The translations under genes and the position numbers were made by a program. A stretch of DNA of 64,000 nucleotides from Paragordius varius (lineage: Eukaryota > Animalia > Nematomorpha), in the NCBI GenBank assembly GCA_964247055.1, contig OZ176051.1:8494001-8558000 (forward strand), read 5' to 3'. The notes below the pieces were generated by a model. It saw only the letters and a list, made by a program, of their open reading frames with translations. It did no database searches and was not told the origin of the DNA. The number at the start of each line of letters is the position of its first letter. Position 1 is the stretch's first letter. Positions 25,571-37,501 of the stretch are shown here, piece by piece.

Positions 25571-28305
25571 TAGAAATATTAGTGAGGAGGATGAAATTAT
25601 ATTATAACTTTCTAATATTTTGTGTATATTTTTTTTAATAAACTCTCAAGTAATTTTATTTATTATATTTGTATATAATATAAGTAACCAAAACATGTTT
25701 AGATACTTAAATTTATTAAAAAAATCAGGGCAGTATTAGGAAAACGCAAGTACGAGCATTTATCGTTTTCATAATCTCCAATATCACATGATATTTACCC
25801 AAGTAAGATATTTATATTAATTTTTTTTTATAGTTTTACCCAAATAATTGATAACAAATATTTAAAAAATGGTCATGACCATGCTAATGGTCTGACCGGA
25901 CCTTTTTGAAAAGGCAGTCAAATGCACAACCCTAGTGATGACATTTTTGCAAATTATGAATTGAATTTTTCGCGAACCACGTGTGTGCTTTAGAGATTAA
26001 CTGTTTAACATTTTTTTGTGTGAGACTTTATGTATAAAAAAAGGTGAAATACACGAAAATTTTATATACTAGAAATATATATGAATAATTGTATATTAGC
26101 AAAGCATTTATTAACTAAAATAATAACAAAAAATATGTCAGTTCTTTTGGAGATTTTTCACTTTTTCATGGTTTTGCAACAAGGAAATGTTTAGGGAGCG
26201 AAAAATTAGATCAGTTAAAGCCGTGATATTAATATGCCTCCCAGACTAAAATATGTATATAATAAAATTAATTCCTTATATAATATTTAAAAGATAATAT
26301 CTAACAGGCGGGAAAAAAATTAACCTGTTGCGGCGTGACGATAACACGTGCATTTTCCGTAGTTTTCACTGAATATAAAATAAAATATTAATCATTCCAC
26401 ATTAAAAACTAATATTAAATATAAACTAAAGAAATGGACGCCCTTAGGAGCCAAATTTAGAATCGTACTTTAATTTTAAACAAAAATAATATTTATTTAT
26501 GCGTTCATAATTTTATGCTACATAGCGAATATAAAAAAGCAGGTATGGTGGATCTAAAACCGTTTTAATGGATATCAATTTGGAACTGTTTTGGCATAAT
26601 TTAAAAACTGCGGATACTTTTGCAATGTAATCCTGAATATTGTTTGCATAATATTGTTTGAATACTAAAAAATAGTGATGAATATCATTAAATTTTTCAA
26701 AGAAAAGTCGCCTTTAACTTTCAGTTTTTAATTTTCGATTATAATTAGGCTATGAAAACGGAGTTGAAATTCGAACCATTTGGTTTATAAAATCTTTAGC
26801 TTAAGCATTTTTCTGTCCCGAAAAATTATTTGAAACCCTAGCCATTTTGCCTGGTTAATTTTATTTAAAAAAACTGTGGAACGAAAACATTAAAACAGCC
26901 AAAAATGTTTGGAAGTGAACCCTAAAAGGTTCCCGTACGATCCCTGTGAAAATGTTAATTATTTTAAAATAAATTTCAAATTTATTATATAATTAAAGCA
27001 ATAAATATATATACTAGAAAGAGTATGGCCTTCAGAATAATATGGGGTGACACTTATAACCAATAATATTAGGCTGATGAACAATTTCATATGGTCAATT
27101 CGTTAAGTGATATTGAAATTAAAAAATACGAATGAATTGAAAAAAACTGTCTTTTATATATTCTGAAAAAGGTTGATGCTCCAGGAAATAAAATTAGCAC
27201 TTTCTCATGTTATGGATTCTACAATATCTCAACAACTATTTTTAACCAAAAACAAAGGAACATTTTTAAATATTTTAATTATAGAGGTATATTTATGGAA
27301 ACTATTTTTTAGCATTTGCATTTTTATATCATTTTAGATAGTTTTAATAATGACGGCTACAAAAAATGTGGTAGAGATGATTGTTGTTGATTTATAGTCA
27401 ATGAACCATTATTAGCAGGTTTCTAGGAAAACTTTTTCCATTCGATCCTATGATAGGTCCACACGGAATATATTTCAGGAACGACTTAGGGATTGCGACC
27501 TCTTTTTCTGTTGCTTTTTAGTTATCCTATCATTAGCTTCTTCGTAATATATAATCATAACAAATTTTTCGAAAATTTCAACTCTCGGAGCTATTTGTTT
27601 ATTGATTATTTCTTTTTCGATCATGTTGTGTATTTATTCTCTAACTCTTTTTTACCATCTTTTTCAATGGTCCTTCTACTTTTTAACATAATTACTCATT
27701 TTAGGACGTTTATCAATGGTTAGTTTTTAACTATATATCAAGCGAATTCTTTAATTTATCATCCGATACCTAGATTAGAAAATGTTTATATTACGAGCTT
27801 GCATATAATATTATACTAGTTACCACAATTTTGTCACTAATTATATTATAAATTGGTAACCATAACACTTACAATAATGTATATCATTTTAATTTTCTTG
27901 ATATATAATGATAAACCATACTTGCAGACAAATTTATAAAGCTATTATCTGATTTGTTCCACACCGGAATCGTATCGGTATATCGAGCGGTCAGAGTGTT
28001 GTATTCTAGTTTTATTCTTAAGATATTACATTCCTAATAATAGATAAACAACATCGATAACATGCAACCTGCTACGGTCAATTTATACCTTACCTAAACG
28101 AATGCATTATTTAGGCTATATAGAGAACTTTAGATATGATATAATAAATATTGCGGAAATATTATTTTAAATTAATGCACATAATGCTTAACAAAACATT
28201 TGCATTTTACAATATTTTTTCTACAATATCAAATTTAATTCCAGCAAACAGTGAATTTATTAATAGCAATTTGTCTGAAATTATAAGACAGAATATTTTT
28301 ATATA

Positions 28306-28580
28306 TACCATTTATTAAATTCACTCTTGAACAATTCAAATTCACCCTAGAACAAATCAAATTTACCCTCGAACAATTCAAAACCCTAAAATTAAGTATT
28401 TTCGGGCTAATACACCATTAATAAGATATATATTCTTGTATCCTAGTTTATTTTTGCAGTGTAATATTTAACGTTTCATTTTTTAAAAATATAAAAAAAT
28501 ATATGTAATTTAAATAAAAAACACATAATTTATTTTAGGGTTTTCAATTGTTCAAGGGTGAATTTGAATTGTAAACGGTA
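28306..28580. mobile_element. CCATTT foldback MITE copy
   Basis: TA-CCATTT...(GAACAATTCAAATTCACCC)n...GGGTGAATTTGAATTGTAAACGG-TA. Confidence 0.65.
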
Positions 28581-28810
28581 TATATAAAATAATGTGCCTA
28601 AAAGGCCATAGATGGTTTAATTTAAAAAACCAATCTCATTGATTTTTTTCGGATTTTTAATTTACAAACATGTGTTTATAGTCCTATGTTGTGGTGGCAT
28701 TGTTTGGATTGTATTTTTAAAAAGTTTATATAAAAACTTTATAACAGATACAAAGTTATGCCAGATAAATAATCTATTATTACTGAGTGTCTACGAAAAC
28801 CCTGATGATA

Positions 28811-29137
28811 TACCATTTAAAATTCAATTTCACCCTTACACAATTCAAATTCACCCTTGAACAATTCAAATTCACCCTCGAACAATTCAAATTCACCCTC
28901 AAATAAAATATATGTTTTTTAAGATTAAAAATTACCTATATTTTATATATTTTTAAAAAAATTCTATTTTAAGTTAAAATAATATTAAAAAAATAATAAA
29001 CTATACCATAAACATATATTTTATATTAATAATAAATTATATTAGTTCGAAAACACATAATTTATTTTTAGGGTGAATTTGAATTGTTCGAGGGTGAATT
29101 TGAATTGTTTAAGGGTGAATTTGAACTGTAAATGGTA
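28811..29137. mobile_element. CCATTT foldback MITE copy
   Basis: TA-CCATTT, about four 21-bp units, an AT-rich core similar to 970-1120, inverted units, and an AAATGG-TA end. Confidence 0.7.
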
Positions 29138-29142
29138 TGTAA

Positions 29143-30020
29143 ATATATTCTGATAGGAAAATGTATCAGGATTATCATGAATCTTTTGTTTAGAGCCCTT
29201 TGGAATATAAGAAAGTTGTTAATGGTAACTGTTCCATATCAGAAAAATGGAAATATTTGAGCACATATTTAACAAAATTTTTTTGATGAAAGCTAAATGC
29301 TTCATTATAAATATCACCAAAATATATCATAAACTGCATATAAAGCCAAATAATATATAAAAAATTTATTTTTCGATAAAAAACATACATCAAAATAAAA
29401 CTAAAATTTATTGTATTTTATATTTTCTTTTTTCAGCCATCTGGTTTATGAGTGTATAAATAATTTATACGGTTTTATTTTGGAATCTTACATGAGTGAA
29501 AATAAAATATATAATTTATGCAAAATAGGATCTACAAATGGTGGAAAATTACCGAAAATCCGTACATATCACAGTAAAAATAAGTACAAATCCCTGTCCC
29601 TGATTCGTTTTAACACAAATTAATATTTTTATTGGCATATGTACGGATTTTTGGTAATTTTCGACCACTTGTTAATCCTATTTTGGATAAATTATATATA
29701 ATTCCCACTCATGAAAGATTCCAAAATAAAACAGTATAAATTATTTATACACTCATAAACAGATGATAAAACTGATTAATAAAATACAATATTTATGAGT
29801 TTTATTTTGATATATAAGTTTTTTAAATGAATAAAATATGTATGTTAAGATTTTAATAGTGAATTTAGCTAGCAAATTTTGATTTAGTTTCATAAAATTT
29901 TTTTTAGCTTTTAAGTGTGTTTTGAACTGAGTTTTATAGACACCCTATTTATATGATTCAACGCTATTTATATATAAAAATTATCTCCTAAAATGATAAT
30001 CAGCCATATTATCTCAACTT
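29143..30020. mobile_element. Large foldback element with near-perfect inner arms
   Basis: Inner arms ~29390-29570 / ~29637-29810 (e.g. TTATGAGTGTATAAATAATTTATAC vs GTATAAATTATTTATACACTCATAA; AAAATCCGTACATAT vs ATATGTACGGATTTT). The left end resembles the 6701-7756 TIR. The outer right arm is tentative. Confidence 0.6.
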
Positions 30021-30504
30021 TTATCATTATTTTTTGAATTATCTAATTATCCTTAATTTTCACTTTTATTTCGATTTTCTCTTAATATTTTAAAAACTAG
30101 GTCGTTTCAACAAATTAAATTTTCGGCAAATGAATTCACTAGTCCTAAGCTATCTCATAAAAAAATACTTTTGTTAAAAATTAACCCTCTTTTTTGCACA
30201 CAATGTAACAGTTTACTTCAAGAGTGACCCTGAATAACTACAAGTTCGTACTTTATTTCAAAGTGGTCTCTTTCAACATTGTTCTTTTGTTTTTAACTTT
30301 TATTAATCACTGTATCATTCATCTATTTCATTTTTAACCTTTACTCTTTATAAAACTTTTGAATTAATAACAAATTTTTATCATTCAGAAACCGTATATT
30401 TTTGTTAATTTCACAAAAAATATTATAATATTAAGACTCTATAAAGCTTTCTCGGTTATCAATTTCAATAAGAACAGTTATAGATAAATAATATAAAATT
30501 TTTA

Positions 30505-33500
30505 TCTATATATTTATAAAAATGGAAAATGCTGGCTTTGTGATCTGGTACAGGAAAACCGGTAGACCCATTCAAATCCAAACATTGAAAAAATATAATC
30601 ATTAATGAATGCCCCGACAATATAGGCCCCCAGTTCGGGCCCACCCCGTGTGAAAAACGGGTTTTTTTTAAAAACAGAAGTCCACAAAAATCGTGTCTTT
30701 GAGACAATTTTCCGGAGAACCTGTTGGACCATTCAATTTCAAATATGATTTTTATTTAGTTATTTTCGATTGCGCTAAACATAGTCGAGTCACTTTTTTG
30801 ATTTAGGCCTTCTTTTTACCCGCTCCCCCCGTAAAATGCCATTTTTTTCAAAAAACAAAGTCCACAAAAATATTTTTTTAAATCTATTTTTCGACCAAGG
30901 TATGACACCGTAAAAATTCAATATGGATTCCACGTATTCCCTGTTAAAAGGCAAAAATTTTCGCCAAGCGTTTCTTTGATGATAGCTGCTGGGTAAGGAG
31001 CTACCCGCGAAAAACTGATTTCTCATGTAACTTTGTGATCTGTTTCCGGAAAACCGGTGCCATTCAAATCCAAACATCGAAAAAAATAATCATTAATGAA
31101 TGCCCCGACAATAGCTTCGCCCTTTTTTGGAATTAGGTCCCCAGTTCGGGCCCACCCCGTGTGAAAAAGGGGTTAAGTCAATTTTTTGGAGATCGTGTTG
31201 GACCATTCAATTTCAAATGTGATTTTTGTTTACTTATTTTTGATGGCGCTGAACATAGTCGACTCACTTTTTTGATTTTGGCCCTCTTTTTACCCGCTAC
31301 CCCCGTAAAATGCCATTTTTTTCAAAAAAAAACAAAGTCCACAAAAATAATTTTTTGCTTGTATTTTTTTGCCCACGGTATGAGACTGTAAAAATTCGAG
31401 AAAGATTTTTCGTATTCCCTGTGAAAAGGCAAAAATTTTAGTCAAGCGTTTCTTTGATGATAGCTGCTGAGTAAGGAGTATCTATCATATGTTAGGATGT
31501 TAAAAGATATATGGATATTAATACATTATTTATGGTAATCTATATATTTATAAAAATGGAAAATGCTGGCTTTGTGATCTGGTACAGGAAAACCGGTAGA
31601 CCGATTCAAATCCAAACATTGAAAAAATATAATCATTAATGAATGTACCGACAATAGCTTCGCCCTTTTTTGAAATAGGCCCCCAGTTCGGGCCCACCCC
31701 GTGTGAAAAACGGTTTTTTTTTAAAAACAGAAGTCCACAAAAATCGTGTCTTTGAGACAATTTTCCGGAGAACGTGTTGAACCATTCAATTTCAAATATG
31801 ATTTTTATTTAGTTATTTTCGATTGCGCTAAACATAGTCGAGTCACTTTTTTGATTTAGGCCCTCTTTTTACCCGCTCCCCCCGTAAAATGCCACCTTTT
31901 TCAAAAAACAAAGTCCACAAAAATATTTTTTTAAATCTATTTTTCGACCAAGGTATGACACCGTAAAAATTCAATATGGATTCCACGTATTCCCTGTTAA
32001 AAGGCAAAAATTTTCGCCAAGCGTTTCTTTGATGATAGCTGCTGGGTAAGGAGCTACCCGCGAAAAACTGATTTCTCATGTAACTTTGTGATCTGTTTCC
32101 GGAAAACCGGTGCCATTCAAATCCAAACATCGAAAAAAATAATCATTAATGAATGCCCCGACAATAGCTTCGCCCTTTTTTGGAATTAGGTTCCCAGTTC
32201 GGGCCCACCCCGTGTGAAAAAGGGGTTAAGTCAATTTTTTGGAGATCGTGTTGGACCATTCAATTTCAAATGTGATTTTTGTTTACTTATTTTTGATGGC
32301 GCTGAACATAGTCGACTCACTTTTTTGATTTTGGCCCTCTTTTTACCCGCTACCCCCGTAAAATGCCATTTTTTCAAAAAAAAAACAAAGTCCACAAAAA
32401 TAATTTTTTGCTTGTATTTTTTTGCCCACGGTATGAGACTGTAAAAATTCGAGAAAGATTTTTCGTATTCCCTGTGAAAAGGCAAAAATTTTAGTCAAGC
32501 GTTTCTTTGATGATAGCTGCTGAGTAAGGAGTATCTATCATATGTATAGGTTGTTAAAAGAAATATGGATATTAATACATTATTTATGGTAATCTATATA
32601 TTTATAAAAATGGAAAATGCTGGCTTTGTGATCTGGTACAGGAAAACCGGTAGACCGATTCAAATCCAAACATTGAAAAAATATAATCATTAATGAATGC
32701 CCCGACAATAGCTTCGCCATTTTTTGAAATAGGCCCCCAGTTCAGGCCCACCCCGTGTGAGAAACGGGTTTTTTTTAAAAACAGAAGTCCACAAAAATCG
32801 TGTCTTTGAGACAATTTTCCGGAGAACGTGTTGAACCATTCAATTTCAAATATGATTTTTATTTAGTTACTTTCGATTGCGCCAAACATAGTCGAGTCAC
32901 TTTTTTGATTTAGGCCCTCTTTTACCCGCTCCCCCCGTAAAATGCCACCTTTTTCAAAAAACAAAGTCCACAAAAATATTTTTTTAAATCTATTTTTCGA
33001 CCAAGGTATGACACCGTAAAAATTCAATATGGATTCCACGTATTCCCTGTTAAAAGGCAAAAATTTTCGCCAAGCGTTTCTTTGATGATAGCTGCTGGGT
33101 AAGGAGCTACCCGCGAAAAACTGATTTCTCATGTAACTTTGTGATCTGTTTCCTGAAAACCGGTGAACCCATTCAAATTCAAATATCGAAAAAATATAAT
33201 CATTAATGAAAGCCCCGACAATAGCTTCGCCCTTTTTTGGAATTAGGTCCCCAGTTCGGGCCCACCCCGTGTGAAAAATGGGTTAAGTAAATTTTTGGAG
33301 AACGTGTTCCACCATTCAGTTTCAAATATGATTTTTGTTTACTTATTTTTGATCGCGCAGAACATAGTCGACTCACTTTTTTGATTTAGGCCCTCTTTTT
33401 ACCCGCTACCCCCGTAAAATGCCATTTTTTTCAAAAAAAACAAAGTCCACAAAAATAATTTTTTCATTGTATTTTTTTGCCCACGGCATGAGACTGTAAA

Positions 33501-36500
33501 AATTCGAGAAAGATTTTTCGTATTCCCTGTGAAAAGGCAAAAATTTTAGTCAAGCGTTTCTTTGATGATAGCTGCTGAGTAAGGAGTATCTATCATATGT
33601 ATAGGTTGTTAAAAGATATATGGATATTAATACATTATTATTTATGGTAATCTATATATTTATAAAAATGGAAAATGCTGGCTTTGTGATCTGGTACAGG
33701 AAAACCGGTAGACCGATTCAAATCCAAACATTGAAAAAATATAATCATTAATGAATGCCCCGACAATAGCTTCGCCCTTTTTTGGAATTAGGCCCCCAGT
33801 TCGGGCCCACCCCGTGTGAAAAACGGGTTTTTTTTTAAAACAGAAGTCCACAAAAATCGTGTCTTTGAGACAATTTTCCGGAGAACGTGTTGGACCATTC
33901 AATTTCAAATATGATTTTTATTTAGTTATTTTTGATTGCGCCAAACATAGTCGATCACTTTTTTGATTTAGGCCTTCCTTTTATCCGCTCCCCCCGTAAA
34001 ATGCCATTTTTTTCAAAAAACAAAGTCCACAAAAATATTTTTTTAAATCTATTTTTCGACCAAGGTATGAGACCGTAAAAATTCAATATGGATTCCACGT
34101 ATTCCCTGTTAAAAGGCAAAAACTTTAGTCAGGCGTTTCTTTGATGATAGCTGCTGGGTAAGGAGCTACCCGCTAAAAACTGATTCCCTTTGTAACTTTT
34201 GAGATCTGTTTCCGGAAAACCGGTAGATAAATTCAAATCCAAACTTCGAAAAAATATAATCATTAATGAATGCCCCGACAATAGCTTCACCCTTTTTTGG
34301 AATTAGGCCCCCAGTTCGGGCCCACCCTGTGTGAAAAACGGTTTTTTTTGAAAACAGAAGTCCACAAAAATCGTGTCTTCGAGACAATTTTCTGAATTTC
34401 AAATATGATTTTTGTTTACTTATTTTCGATTGCGCCGAACATATTCGTCTCGCTTTTTTGATTTAGGCCCTCTTTTTACCCGCTCCCCTCGTAAAATGCC
34501 ATTTTTTTCAAAAAACAAAGTCCACAAAAATAATTTTTTAAATCTATTTTTCCCCCTCCCCCCAGAAGTCCGAAGGACTTCCACGGGCTGCGTAGCAGCA
34601 CGAGATTTACGCTAGTAATCTATATATTTATAAAAATGGAAAATGCTGGCTTTGTGATATGGTACAGGAAAACCGGTAGACCCAATCAAATCCAAATATC
34701 GAAAAAATATAATCATTAATAAATGTCCCGACAATAGCTTCGCCCTTTTTTTGAAATAGGCCCCCAGTTCGGGCCCAACCCGTATTAAAAAACGGGTTTT
34801 TTGAAAACCGAAGTCTACAAAATCGTGTTTTTGAGACAATTTTCCGGAGAACGTGTTGGACCATTCAATTTCAAATATGATTTTTGTTTACTTATTTTCG
34901 ATTGCGCCGAACATAGTCGAGTCACTTTTTTAATTTAGGCCCTCTTTTTACCCGCTCCCCCCGTAAAATGCCACCTTTTTCAAAAAACAAAGTCCACAAA
35001 AATATTTTTTTAAATCTATTTTTCGACCAAGGTATGACACCGTAAAAATTCAATATGGATTCCACGTATTCCCTGTTAAAAGGCAAAAATTTTCGCCAAG
35101 CGTTTCTTTGATGATAGCTGCTGGGTAAGGAGCTACCCGCGAAAAACTGATTTCTCATGTAACTTTGTGATCTGTTTCCTGAAAACCGGTGAACCCATTC
35201 AAATTCAAATATCGAAAAAATATAATCATTAATGAAAGCCCCGACAATAGCTTCGCCCTTTTTTGGAATTAGGTCCCCAGTTCGGGCCCACCCCGTGTGA
35301 AAAATGGGTTAAGTAAATTTTTGGAGAACGTGTTCCACCATTCAGTTTCAAATATGATTTTTGTTTACTTATTTTTGATCGCGCAGAACATAGTCGACTC
35401 ACTTTTTTGATTTAGGCCCTCTTTTTACCCGCTACCCCCGTAAAATGCCATTTTTTTCAAAAAAAACAAAGTCCACAAAAATAATTTTTTCATTGTATTT
35501 TTTTGCCCACGGCATGAGACTGTAAAAATTCGAGAAAGATTTTTCGTATTCCCTGTGAAAAGGCAAAAATTTTAGTCAAGCGTTTCTTTGATGATAGCTG
35601 CTGAGTAAGGAGTATCTATCATATGTATAGGTTGTTAAAAGATATATGGATATTAATACATTATTATTTATGGTAATCTATATATTTATAAAAATGGAAA
35701 ATGCTGGCTTTGTGATCTGGTACAGGAAAACCGGTAGACCGATTCAAATCCAAACATTGAAAAAATATAATCATTAATGAATGCCCCGACAATAGCTTCG
35801 CCCTTTTTTGGAATTAGGCCCCCAGTTCGGGCCCACCCCGTGTGAAAAACGGGGTTTTTTTTTAAACAGAAGTCCACAAAAATCGTGTCTTTGAGACAAT
35901 TTTCCGGAGAACGTGTTGGACCATTCAATTTCAAATATGATTTTTATTTAGTTATTTTTGATTGCGCCAAACATAGTCGATCACTTTTTTGATTTAGGCC
36001 TTCCTTTTATCCGCTCCCCCCGTAAAATGCCATTTTTTTCAAAAAACAAAGTCCACAAAAATATTTTTTTAAATCTATTTTTCGACCAAGGTATGAGACC
36101 GTAAAAATTCAATATGGATTCCACGTATTCCCTGTTAAAAGGCAAAAACTTTAGTCAGGCGTTTCTTTGATGATAGCTGCTGGGTAAGGAGCTACCCGCT
36201 AAAAACTGATTCCCTTTGTAACTTTTGAGATCTGTTTCCGGAAAACCGGTAGATAAATTCAAATCCAAACTTCGAAAAAATATAATCATTAATGAATGCC
36301 CCGACAATAGCTTCACCCTTTTTTGGAATTAGGCCCCCAGTTCGGGCCCACCCTGTGTGAAAAACGGTTTTTTTTGAAAACAGAAGTCCACAAAAATCGT
36401 GTCTTCGAGACAATTTTCTGAATTTCAAATATGATTTTTGTTTACTTATTTTCGATTGCGCCGAACATATTCGTCTCGCTTTTTTGATTTAGGCCCTCTT

Positions 36501-37430
36501 TTTACCCGCTCCCCTCGTAAAATGCCATTTTTTTCAAAAAACAAAGTCCACAAAAATAATTTTTTAAATCTATTTTTCCCCCTCCCCCCAGAAGTCCGAA
36601 GGACTTCCACGGGCTGCGTAGCAGCACGAGATTTACGCTAGTAATCTATATATTTATAAAAATGGAAAATGCTGGCTTTGTGATATGGTACAGGAAAACC
36701 GGTAGACCCAATCAAATCCAAATATCGAAAAAATATAATCATTAATAAATGTCCCGACAATAGCTTCGCCCTTTTTTTGAAATAGGCCCCCAGTTCGGGC
36801 CCAACCCGTATTAAAAAACGGGTTTTTTGAAAACCGAAGTCTACAAAATCGTGTTTTTGAGACAATTTTCCGGAGAACGTGTTGGACCATTCAATTTCAA
36901 ATATGATTTTTGTTTACTTATTTTCGATTGCGCCGAACATAGTCGAGTCACTTTTTTAATTTAGGCCCTCTTTTTACCCGCTCCCCCCGTAAAATGCCAT
37001 TTTACGCAAAAAACAAAGTCCACAAAAATAATTTTTTATAACGATTTTTGGCCCAAGGTATGAGACCGTAAAAATTCAATATGGATTCCACGTATTCCCT
37101 GTTAAAAGGCAAAAATTTTAGTCCACCGTTTATTTGATGATAGCTGCTGAGGAGCTACCCGCTAAAAACTGATTTTTCATATAACTTTGTGATCTGTTTC
37201 CGGAAAACCGGTGAACCCAATCAAATCCAAATATCGAAAAAATATAATCATTAATAAATGTCCCGACAATAGCTTCGCCCTTTTTTTGAAATAGTCCCCC
37301 AGTTCGGGCCCACCCCGTATGAAAAACGGGTTTTTATTGAAAACAGAAGTCTACAAAAATCGTGTTTTTGAGACAATTTTCCGGAGAACGTGTTGGACCA
37401 TTCAATTTCAAATATGATTTTGGTTTAATA
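30505..37430 (+). mobile_element. Tandem array of non-autonomous Helitron units (7 5' ends, 2 3' ends)
   Basis: TCTATATATTTATAAAAATGG starts at 30505, 31539, 32593, 33651, 34619, 35677 and 36645. Hairpin+CTAG ends at 34615 and 36641. Each unit holds two ~500-bp subrepeats. Confidence 0.9.
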
Positions 37431-37501
37431 AATATATATATATATATATATATATTTTCCATTAATACGATGCCAGATAATATTATTATCTCAATTCGAA
37501 A

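Larger units (their letters stand above)
24080..28090 (+). repeat. ~4-kb segment duplicated at 48630-52620 (copy 1)
   Basis: Collinear similarity from AAATAATCGATATTT through GATAACATGCAACCTGCTACGG, with many substitutions and small indels. Confidence 0.9.

Noticed and set aside
30465-36890. Many repeated 70-95 aa ORFs (also at 12041-12374 and 17594-17867)
   Set aside because: They are chance frames in the non-coding Helitron repeat. They vary by indels among copies and have no Rep/helicase motifs.
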